Source of the DNA: an uncultured Pseudomonadota bacterium
GTDB taxonomy: Bacteria > Babelota > Babeliae > Babelales > RVW-14
DNA: 64,000 bases
Direction of reading: 5' to 3'
NCBI GenBank assembly: GCA_964534555.1
Contig: CAZHRK010000003.1
Coordinates: 72,627-136,626 of the forward strand
Shown here piece by piece: positions 53,258 through 60,966 of the stretch. Both the position numbers and the translations under genes were made by a program. Under the pieces are notes generated by a model. That model saw only the letters and a list, made by a program, of their open reading frames with translations, did no database searches and was not told the origin of the DNA. Positions within the stretch are counted from its first letter, which is position 1; each line of letters begins with the position of its first letter.

Positions 53258-54979
53258 ATGTTGATACTATCTCTTGTAATTAATTTCCTATTAAGTACTT
53301 CTCTGTATGCTGCCGCGGCATCCTCACATGATTTGCCACATGTTTTATCTACAGAAGCAGCCGATGCAATAGCAAAATTCTATTGTGTTGAACCAAGCGC
53401 AAAAAGAATAGCACGAGATATTTTGTTGCGAGCGACAAAACGCGATCGAGATGATTTAGTCCTTGAGTTAGATGAAGATGCAAAAAGAGTTGCATATAGT
53501 TTATATCAACAAGCATTAGCTCGGGGTGATGTACGGGTTGTAGATTTGGTTAGTCATAGCCTACCAGAGCTTCTTGATCGGCCGATTTCAGCAAGATCAG
53601 CCTATTCTGATTTGCATTTAAACATGAGGCGCTTTCCTAAGAGACTTAGAAATGAGCTATCTGGTCGTGATGATAATCTTGCTGCTGAAGTTATAGATGA
53701 TTATGTTGGCCTTAGTTTGCCAAAGCGAGTTATGAATTTTTCTAAAGAAGAAATTCTTGGCGCCTCAATAGAAAGGCTTGAAGAAATTATTGAAGTATTT
53801 GAATGTTATGCAACTCAAGAAGAGCAGCTTGTATTTAGAGATCCGATTATAACAAGGTTGACTGAATTTCTCTATGCGGCGCTTGATGCAAAAGATTACG
53901 ATACTGTTATTTTATTATTAGACTCGTATTATCTTTATTATAAAACGATTGATTTTGATGCTAAACACAACCTCTTTTTTATTGCGATTGCTAACTCAAT
54001 AGCGTTATTTAAAAAAATTGTAGATCTTGATTTAGATGATCCAGGATTTATCAATAAATTTTCTGCTAACCCTTTTCACAATAGATTATCACCTGAATTT
54101 AGTGTTGATGCTATGAAAGTACTCATTGATGCCTATGGAGTAAGAAGTCTAATTCAACCATTAGTCGTAAAAAAAGCACATCATTCCCCTCAAGCGCGTC
54201 AGATTTATCCATTCATGATTGCTCTAGCATATGGTGATGTTCCACTTTTAAAATTTCTACTCAGTGTAAAAAACCCAGAAACAGACCTTTATGTGCACTA
54301 TGAAGAATTATTATTAGATAAAATTCCACTTATGTGGCATGCAGATGATGCTGAAATAATTTTAGACTGCAGCCTTCCAAGGCCGCATGGCTGTGATCCT
54401 GAGATTATTCTTCATGGGACAACTATTTTCCATTGGTTGGCATGCTCACAAATTGCTCCAGAGGTTTTTATAAAATTTTTGACTGGATTATCTAGATCAG
54501 ATCTTGCCTCTGGTCCCGTTGACCCTATCGCACCTGAAAAAATTATGGAGTGTCTAGATCTATTGCTCAAACATTTACGGTCACCAATAAGAATAATCTA
54601 CAACACAGCTCTTATTGAACCACTTGAGTTTGCACTAGCATCAAAAAATTATGCTACGGCAAAAATGCTTATTACCGCGGGCATGGTCAGTGAGATTAAT
54701 AGAGCTTCATTCGCTATGAGTTTATTTAAAGAAGGCCAAGTAGAGCTTGCACGACTCTTGATCCCAAGCATCACAGCTGAGTCTATTGAAAGATATGAAG
54801 CGATGGAGGCTGCTTCATATGCAGCTCGTAGAAGCGTCGTTCCAGTAGCTAATGCATCAGAAGCGGAGTATGAAACATTACCACGCTCTCACAGCCTTCG
54901 AAACCCTGGAACAACTCGTCGCGGTAGACTACCTGCTTCTGGCAAGGAATCAACTAGAAAAATTATTCCACTGCGATAA
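53258..54979 (+). CDS. Ankyrin-repeat-like protein with a signal peptide (paralog 2)
   Basis: The ATG at 53258 after AAGG gives MLILSLVINFLLSTSLYAAAAS (track start is a TTG at 53219). It is collinear with the 51281 gene. The 3' end overlaps the lpxI stop convergently by 17 nt. Confidence 0.65.
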   Translation: MLILSLVINFLLSTSLYAAAASSHDLPHVLSTEAADAIAKFYCVEPSAKRIARDILLRATKRDRDDLVLELDEDAKRVAYSLYQQALARGDVRVVDLVSHSLPELLDRPISARSAYSDLHLNMRRFPKRLRNELSGRDDNLAAEVIDDYVGLSLPKRVMNFSKEEILGASIERLEEIIEVFECYATQEEQLVFRDPIITRLTEFLYAALDAKDYDTVILLLDSYYLYYKTIDFDAKHNLFFIAIANSIALFKKIVDLDLDDPGFINKFSANPFHNRLSPEFSVDAMKVLIDAYGVRSLIQPLVVKKAHHSPQARQIYPFMIALAYGDVPLLKFLLSVKNPETDLYVHYEELLLDKIPLMWHADDAEIILDCSLPRPHGCDPEIILHGTTIFHWLACSQIAPEVFIKFLTGLSRSDLASGPVDPIAPEKIMECLDLLLKHLRSPIRIIYNTALIEPLEFALASKNYATAKMLITAGMVSEINRASFAMSLFKEGQVELARLLIPSITAESIERYEAMEAASYAARRSVVPVANASEAEYETLPRSHSLRNPGTTRRGRLPASGKESTRKIIPLR

Positions 54980-55769
54980 GACAGATATTCAGCTCCTGGG
55001 CTTTTTGTTTGAAAAGCTCAAGATCATTAATGAGTGTTGTGTGGGCTTCCCACGCAATTGCCTTGACGTCACCAGCTTGTAGCACTGCAAGTGTTGCAGG
55101 CCCTAGAGTAGGAAGATCATATTTTCGATTGTGATCTTTAAACGCTGTTTTGCATAAAATAACGCCGCCTTGTGCAAGTGCAATTGCCCGTTGCAAGCAA
55201 GCATCAGTTCCCTCTATTGCCTCTGCTGCTATGACCATGCAATCTTTAACAACAACTGTTTGGCCAATATCAGCCGCAGAAATCTCACGGGCTTTTTGCA
55301 GACCAAAAAAGATACTTTTTTTATCTTCCTCAGAAAGTTCACCACAAATAATTCCCGGCTTACAAAAAAGCCCACCAAGCACCTCGTCTTGCTGCAAGAC
55401 GCTAAACCCTTGGTCCTCTAAAAAATTTATAGCTCCTTGCATGATGTCGCGATCACCTTTAAACGTTAATTTTGCAAAAAAGCTAAGTGCCATGCTGTCA
55501 AAACTAATATGTTTTAACAAAGCTCCTTTATCAACTTTACCTATAAAAAAAAGTTTGTTACAGCCACGGCTTTTCACCGCGGCAATAATTGAGCTTGGTT
55601 TATAATAGGGCTTTTGTAAAACTTCGGCATGGCCATCGCACACAGCGGCAAGTGCCTGACCATTATTTTCTGGAAATAACGATACAACCATAAAGCTTGT
55701 ATTTTGTTCAATAAGTGTGCTGCATGCGCGCAGCGGAAGTTGGCCAGTACCTGCTATAAGAGCAATCAT
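54963..55769 (-). CDS. lpxI: UDP-2,3-diacylglucosamine pyrophosphatase LpxI (DUF1009 family)
   Basis: N-terminus MIALIAGTGQLPL and the C-terminal block KYDLPTLGPATLAVLQAGDVKAIAWEA are typical of LpxI. It lies in a lipid A gene context. Confidence 0.75.
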   Translation of the reverse strand: MIALIAGTGQLPLRACSTLIEQNTSFMVVSLFPENNGQALAAVCDGHAEVLQKPYYKPSSIIAAVKSRGCNKLFFIGKVDKGALLKHISFDSMALSFFAKLTFKGDRDIMQGAINFLEDQGFSVLQQDEVLGGLFCKPGIICGELSEEDKKSIFFGLQKAREISAADIGQTVVVKDCMVIAAEAIEGTDACLQRAIALAQGGVILCKTAFKDHNRKYDLPTLGPATLAVLQAGDVKAIAWEAHTTLINDLELFKQKAQELNICLIAVE

Positions 55770-55839
55770 TATAAAATCCCACTAAGACTCAAGCGGCGGC
55801 TTTGTTTTATCTCAGCCGCCACTTGCTATGACTCTGCTA

Positions 55840-56829
55840 TTATAAGACGCTTTGTTCTTGTTGCTTAGAAAAATTAATTGGGCGCTCTCGAAGTCCGAGT
55901 AAGGATTCGATTTCAAAAGTTAAACTCAAAGCTTTTAGATCTCGGTCAGAGTTCCAAAGGTTTGTCCCATTTTTGACGGCCGTTAGGAAATGAATAATTT
56001 CTTGTCGTAACGGATTATCTTTGAAAACAAAAACATGCTCAACAGTTGACTCTTGGCGATATTTGAGCTGATCTGCCGCAATATCAATACGAGAGCTTGT
56101 TTGTCTGTAGATTGCAAGATCTTGAGTGGTGAAATCCAAATTAATAAAAGCATCTTGTTGGTGGACAGCCATGCTGCGCTTTTTAATTTGAGAAGCTCTG
56201 CTTGAGCTTATAGTTGCTACACAACCATTACTAAAAGTAATTTGTGCTGTCGCAATATCGCATGAGTTGCTGTAGATTTTTGTTCCATGAGCAGAAACAT
56301 TAACTACCTCAGCATCAACAAGATTCATGATTAGATCTATGTCATGAATCATAAGATCAAGGACAACACTATCTTGTGAAACCCGTGCATTAAAAGGCCC
56401 CATTCTGTGGCATTCTATAAGAAGCGGGTTAGACATGATTTTTTTTAGTTCTTGTACTGCACCATTAAAACGCTCAATATGCCCGATGTGGAGTGCTTTG
56501 TTATTTTTATGTGCAAGAGCTATAAGATCTTGTGCTTGTTCAAGCGTATTTGTCATAGGCTTTTCAAGGAGCACATGCTTTCCTGCTTCTAAGCATTGTT
56601 TTGCAAGTGGATAGTGCATCCCTGTTGGAACTGCAATAATGACTGCGTCAACAAAATCAAGCCAAGCATCACATGTATGTGTTTTAATAACAGCATCGTT
56701 TTTGATTTTTGCCCAGTTGTTTTCATTTGGATCAGCCACGGCAATAAGCTGCGCGTCTGAGATACTTCCAACGACTGATGCATGGTAGTTACCCATGTGG
56801 CCTAGGCCAATAACGCCTATTTTAATCAT
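55840..56829 (-). CDS. Gfo/Idh/MocA-family NAD(P)-dependent oxidoreductase
   Basis: MIKIGVIGLGHMGNYHA is a Rossmann N-terminus, and HVLLEKPM is the family EKP motif. 329 aa. Confidence 0.8.
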   Translation of the reverse strand: MIKIGVIGLGHMGNYHASVVGSISDAQLIAVADPNENNWAKIKNDAVIKTHTCDAWLDFVDAVIIAVPTGMHYPLAKQCLEAGKHVLLEKPMTNTLEQAQDLIALAHKNNKALHIGHIERFNGAVQELKKIMSNPLLIECHRMGPFNARVSQDSVVLDLMIHDIDLIMNLVDAEVVNVSAHGTKIYSNSCDIATAQITFSNGCVATISSSRASQIKKRSMAVHQQDAFINLDFTTQDLAIYRQTSSRIDIAADQLKYRQESTVEHVFVFKDNPLRQEIIHFLTAVKNGTNLWNSDRDLKALSLTFEIESLLGLRERPINFSKQQEQSVL

Positions 56830-56847
56830 GTTTACTCTGCTCCTTGC

Positions 56848-57645
56848 TTATTCTAAAGATGCTTCTTTTTCATGTGCACATTTGCGCGATACGCCACGCT
56901 CACTTGAGGTGATAAATTCTATGAATTTAATAACGTGACTATCACTGCCCCAGCTTTCATGTGAGGCTGCGTTTTTAATTTCGTCTAAAGAAATTTTGTC
57001 TTGGTAAAAAAGCTTTGTAACGTGTTTGAGTGCATTAATACTTTCGCGCGGCATTCCTGCTCGGCGTAATGCGATAACGTTAAGCCCATAAAATGCTGCT
57101 GGCTGACCACTATATAATCCATAAGGTGGCAAGTCTTGTCTGATGCCACTAAATGGTGCAAGTGCGGCAAATGTACCAACACGACAAAATTGATGTGTTG
57201 CCGCGCCCGCCATTAAAAAAGCTCGCGTTTCAACATACGTATGCCCGCCCAGGTTAACATTATTTATTAATGTTACGTGGTCTTCAAGAATAGAGTCATG
57301 CGATACATGAGCAAAATTCATCAGATAGCAGTTGTTGCCTATTTTGGTAATACCGTCTTGTGTACGTGGGCCATGAACTGTTACAAATTCACGAAGGTGA
57401 CAATTTTTTCCGATCTCAATACGCCCAACTGGTTTTTCAAGGCCGATTACTTGCCCCTCAAATCCAACTGTTGCATGCGAGTAGAGTCGGGTGCCATCAC
57501 CGATTGTGACATTACCTGTCACAGTGCAGAATGGGCCAATTTTAACGTTCTTACCAAGTACAACATTTTCGCCGATTACAGCAGAGGGATGAATATATGT
57601 TTCATCAGAATGAAAGAAACCTTCCTCAAACGAGGAAGGTTTCAT
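56848..57645 (-). CDS. lpxA: Acyl-ACP--UDP-N-acetylglucosamine O-acyltransferase
   Basis: Left-handed beta-helix hexapeptide repeats (IHPSAVIGENVVLGKNVKIGPFCTVTGNVTIGDG...) plus the helical LpxA C-domain (LNVIALRRAGMPRESINALKHVTKLFY). The start is trimmed to the ATG at 57645 because the ORF maximum (57771) runs through tRNA-Gln. Confidence 0.9.
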   Translation of the reverse strand: MKPSSFEEGFFHSDETYIHPSAVIGENVVLGKNVKIGPFCTVTGNVTIGDGTRLYSHATVGFEGQVIGLEKPVGRIEIGKNCHLREFVTVHGPRTQDGITKIGNNCYLMNFAHVSHDSILEDHVTLINNVNLGGHTYVETRAFLMAGAATHQFCRVGTFAALAPFSGIRQDLPPYGLYSGQPAAFYGLNVIALRRAGMPRESINALKHVTKLFYQDKISLDEIKNAASHESWGSDSHVIKFIEFITSSERGVSRKCAHEKEASLE

Positions 57646-57689
57646 ATTTTTTTGTGCAGATAAATTTTCCAAGATGTGAACTCCGATGC

Positions 57690-57764
57690 TGGCTGGGGCG
57701 GAAGGATTCGAACCTACGCATGGCGGAACCAAAACCCGCTGCCTTACCACTTGGCGACGCCCCA
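57690..57764 (-). tRNA. tRNA-Gln (anticodon UUG), encoded CCA
   Basis: The minus strand reads TGGGGCGTCGCCAAGTGGTAAGGCAGCGGGTTTTGGTTCCGC...GGTTCGAATCCTTCCGCCCCAGCCA. The anticodon loop is TTTTGGT. Confidence 0.9.
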
Positions 57765-57786
57765 ATTGCATTTCACGAGAGGTATA

Positions 57787-58059
57787 TTACATTAAATTTT
57801 GAGATTCGCCAACTACTTTTTTGTATTCTTTTATAACTTCTTGTTCAATAAGTTCGCGCGTTTCTGCATTAAGCGGGTGCACGATATCTTTGAACGTTCC
57901 GTCTTTTTTTCTTCGTGATGGCATTGAGACAAAAAATCCCTCATCACTTTCTATAATTTTCATATCCCGGACGATGAAGCAATCATCGAACACCATGGTA
58001 GCATAACCCTTAAGTCTACCTTCATTTGCTGGGAAAACTTTTACTTCGGTTATTTTCAT
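57787..58059 (-). CDS. spoVG: Regulatory protein SpoVG
   Basis: MKITEVKVFPANEGRLKGYATMVFDDCFIVRDMKIIESDEGFFVSMPSRRKKDGTFKDIVHPLNAETRELI is canonical SpoVG. The ATG at 58059 follows GGAGAG; the ORF maximum is 58137. Confidence 0.9.
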   Translation of the reverse strand: MKITEVKVFPANEGRLKGYATMVFDDCFIVRDMKIIESDEGFFVSMPSRRKKDGTFKDIVHPLNAETRELIEQEVIKEYKKVVGESQNLM

Positions 58060-58302
58060 AAGAAGCTCTCCGGTTTGTGCCTGGTTGCGATTAACAGTAA
58101 GTTTCGCGCGACCTGTAACCTTTTTCGTGACAAACATGGCATCAATCTAAAGCGGGGGTCTATTCATGTCAACTTTTTTTTACTGACTGTAACGCTTTTC
58201 TTAAAAAACATGCTAAATGTGTACAGTTAATGAATTTAATTCCGTAAAAAAGGGCTTTTTATTGTTAAATTCGATTAAAATGCTTTATCTGTTACTATTA
58301 AA

Positions 58303-58337
58303 AATATCGAGGCATAATTAGGGTATGCCCTGATATT
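58303..58337. promoter_or_regulatory. Imperfect inverted repeat upstream of the CaaX/ankyrin-like gene (candidate operator or 5' hairpin)
   Basis: aatatcgaggcata - 7 nt - tatgccctgatatt, with 12 of 14 positions complementary. It ends 23 nt before the ATG at 58361. Confidence 0.25.
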
Positions 58338-58360
58338 TTTAGTTTATGGAGGGGGTTTTT

Positions 58361-59185
58361 ATGGTAACTAACTATTTAGTGAAAATAATTACATTTTTAT
58401 TCAGTTTTTTAACGTATTCATTAGTATCACCAGCGGCAGCTTCAGGCACCGTTAGTCCCGCAGAATCTGGTTCTGGAAGTACTAAGAAAAGAGTAGGTTT
58501 TGCACCTTTAGTAGATATAAAGACTATAGAGCCAAGAGAGCTTGTTAATCACAGGCCGCCAAGCTTGAGATCGAGCGATACAGATGCTACACCTAAAAGT
58601 CCTGCTGATAGTAACGCACTAAGACGCCTTCACGTGGCAATATGCAGTGATGATGATTCTAAGGTTGATCGTATACTAAGTTTATACGAATTTTCTCCAG
58701 AGTTGCTTCTTTCACCGCTTGAGTTTACTTATGAACCAGAAACGCTTGTGCACGCGGTTGCTCGATCTATCCACAAAGAGCCAAAAAAACAATTATCTAT
58801 CTTGAGAAAGATTATAAATCATTTGGAAGATGGTGTTGATTTTTCGCATGAAGATGCGCGCGGAAATAAGCCGCTTGAGCTTATGTGTCAGCTTCAGCAT
58901 GATGCCACATGCCCTTATTTTGCAGAGGCGGTCATGCTTTTTATTCGACATGGTGCATCAGTTGATAGAATTAAAAATTCTTTAACTATTAGTCCTAGAA
59001 TCAAGGCTATAGTTCTGAGTATGCATACTGCACGTACGCGTGTTATGCGAGTTCCGCTACATGGTTCTGAGGAATCTTCGCCATCAGTTGCAGCTTCTGC
59101 TGCTGCTACACCTGCCGTACGAAAAGATGGTTCAACTGAAAAAACTACACCAAAAGCTGGCGCAGGGTGCTGCACTATAAGCTAA
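58361..59185 (+). CDS. Ankyrin-like protein with a signal peptide and a C-terminal CaaX-type motif (CCTIS)
   Basis: The ATG at 58361 follows GGAGGGGG (ORF maximum 58346). The N-terminus is MVTNYLVKIITFLFSFLTYSLVSPAAAS. GNKPLELMCQL...LFIRHGASVD is ANK-like. The last codons tgc tgc act ata agc taa give C-C-T-I-S-stop. Confidence 0.65.
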   Translation: MVTNYLVKIITFLFSFLTYSLVSPAAASGTVSPAESGSGSTKKRVGFAPLVDIKTIEPRELVNHRPPSLRSSDTDATPKSPADSNALRRLHVAICSDDDSKVDRILSLYEFSPELLLSPLEFTYEPETLVHAVARSIHKEPKKQLSILRKIINHLEDGVDFSHEDARGNKPLELMCQLQHDATCPYFAEAVMLFIRHGASVDRIKNSLTISPRIKAIVLSMHTARTRVMRVPLHGSEESSPSVAASAAATPAVRKDGSTEKTTPKAGAGCCTIS

Positions 59186-59294
59186 TGAGCGCTTGCTCTA
59201 GAATGTTTATTTTTAGTTCTTGCATAAAGTATTAAAAAAGGTCATAAAAATACCAGGTTTCAATCGGTGCTCTAAAGCAACGTGAAGGTATTCT

Positions 59295-60080
59295 ATGACC
59301 TTTTTTAATGTACTAGCGTTTTTAGTATTGTTCTTTGGTTTTGAACTCCGTGCAGCTAATCAATCCGTTCTATTATTAGATGATAAAATTAATCAGTTGT
59401 ATGAGCTTGATAATCTGGAATCAGCATTTAAAGATGCTATTGAGAAATCAGAAACGCTTTATGGCGCAACAAAAACAAATGAGTTTATCTCTGTTTGCAA
59501 GCAGGTTGTAGAGCAGGTGCGCCTTGCGTATATCGATTCCTACAAATCCTATGTTCTTCAATCATTTGAAAAGCGTCAAAATCATAAAAGTCGTATGCTT
59601 CGACTTCCACAGTATCTTGGTAATCTTTTTAAAAAAATTCTTACAGATGTTATTAAAAAAAAGGTTTTGGTTTTTTTTGATCAAGACGTCTTGTCATCTC
59701 ACCAAAAAGATTACGCATACATTCTGGCCCACTGCATTTGTGCTAAGGCTCTAAAATTGTATGATATGACTGGATTAATGATAGATCTTGCATTAGATGC
59801 GCGTTCCGTTGATGATTTTAGAGGCTTGATGCACCATGCACCCTCTATTTTACGCCAGCGTAGTGAACCAGAGGCCAGAGGCCTACGCTTTCTCGTTTTT
59901 ATAATACTTTTTAGCTGTGGTAGTTATGCAATACTCAGTGAGTATAATCTCCCTAAGCAGGCAGTGCAGAGCAGTCCTCAAGCGTACGGCTCATTAAATG
60001 CATTTACAGCACAAAAGCAGGTGCTGAGCAATCCACGCCCAACGCTGCTTTCTTTGCTTTCCATAAACTCAAATCGCTAA
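59295..60080 (+). CDS. Hypothetical protein with a signal peptide and a C-terminal TM segment
   Basis: MTFFNVLAFLVLFFGFELRA at the N-terminus and LRFLVFIILFSCGSYAIL near the C-terminus. No family recognised. It overlaps the rsmH stop by 4 nt. Confidence 0.55.
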   Translation: MTFFNVLAFLVLFFGFELRAANQSVLLLDDKINQLYELDNLESAFKDAIEKSETLYGATKTNEFISVCKQVVEQVRLAYIDSYKSYVLQSFEKRQNHKSRMLRLPQYLGNLFKKILTDVIKKKVLVFFDQDVLSSHQKDYAYILAHCICAKALKLYDMTGLMIDLALDARSVDDFRGLMHHAPSILRQRSEPEARGLRFLVFIILFSCGSYAILSEYNLPKQAVQSSPQAYGSLNAFTAQKQVLSNPRPTLLSLLSINSNR

Positions 60081-60964
60081 ATACGTTCAGCTACTCGCAG
60101 CTTTGCTGACCGTGAAGACGCGTTTTCAGCAAGCTCATCTTCTTGGGCTGTAATAGGTCGCTTGGAGAGCATTTGAAGCTCCATCTGATGTTCTTGGAAA
60201 TAGTCTTTAACAAGGCCATCTTCAAGTGAGTGGAAGCTAATGCAAACAAGGCGCCCACCAGGGTTTAGCTGTGGTGTTGCTGCCGCAAGGAAAGATTTAA
60301 TATTATTAAGCTCATCATTAACTTCAATACGCAGCGCCTGAAAAACCTTAGTCGCTGGGTGAATACCACGCTTTGCCCTAAAAATAACAGGGTTATAAAC
60401 CTGCTCAATGACTGCAACCAGATCTGCAGTTGTTTTTAGTGGTTTGATTTTACGTGCTTCAACGATAAGGCGTGCAATTTTTCTTGATGCCTGCTCTTCA
60501 CCATAGTACCAAAATAGATCAGCAAGATCTTTTTCTGAGTATTCATTAACGATAATCGCAGCGGTTTTGTGCTGGTGTGATGTTGACATTCTCATATCAA
60601 GCGGGGTGTCTTTACGAAATGAGAATCCATCTTTTTCATGAATCTGAAATTGTGACGTTCCAAAGTCAGCAAGGATACCATCAAACTTTGGTAGGCGCTC
60701 TTTTTTTATAATTTTATAAAGGTGCGCCATATTTCCCCATACCATGGTAAATCGATCACCAAAAGTTTCTTTTATAGGTCCAGCGTTTGTCTCAATCGCA
60801 ACCTTATCCCAATCAAGAGAGGTTACATGACATGTGGGTTCTGCTTCTAAAATTGCTCTGGTGTGCCCGCCGCCGCCAAAAGTCACATCAAGATAGTGCC
60901 CCCCAGGTTTAAGTGAGAGAGCTTGAAGTACTTCGCGGACTAGGACGGGTTTGTGGTATGTCAT
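60077..60964 (-). CDS. rsmH: 16S rRNA (cytosine1402-N4)-methyltransferase
   Basis: MTYHKPVLVREVLQAL...YLDVTFGGGGHTRAIL...DFGTSQFQ...ISFHSLEDGLVK are canonical RsmH/MraW blocks. Confidence 0.93.
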   Translation of the reverse strand: MTYHKPVLVREVLQALSLKPGGHYLDVTFGGGGHTRAILEAEPTCHVTSLDWDKVAIETNAGPIKETFGDRFTMVWGNMAHLYKIIKKERLPKFDGILADFGTSQFQIHEKDGFSFRKDTPLDMRMSTSHQHKTAAIIVNEYSEKDLADLFWYYGEEQASRKIARLIVEARKIKPLKTTADLVAVIEQVYNPVIFRAKRGIHPATKVFQALRIEVNDELNNIKSFLAAATPQLNPGGRLVCISFHSLEDGLVKDYFQEHQMELQMLSKRPITAQEDELAENASSRSAKLRVAERI

Positions 60965-60966
60965 TA

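Noticed and set aside
57646-57771. The N-terminal 42 codons of the track ORF 56848-57771 (an extended lpxA).
   Set aside because: The extension is the reverse complement of tRNA-Gln; its peptide VGSNPSAP comes from the T-arm. The ATG at 57645 gives a normal LpxA N-terminus.
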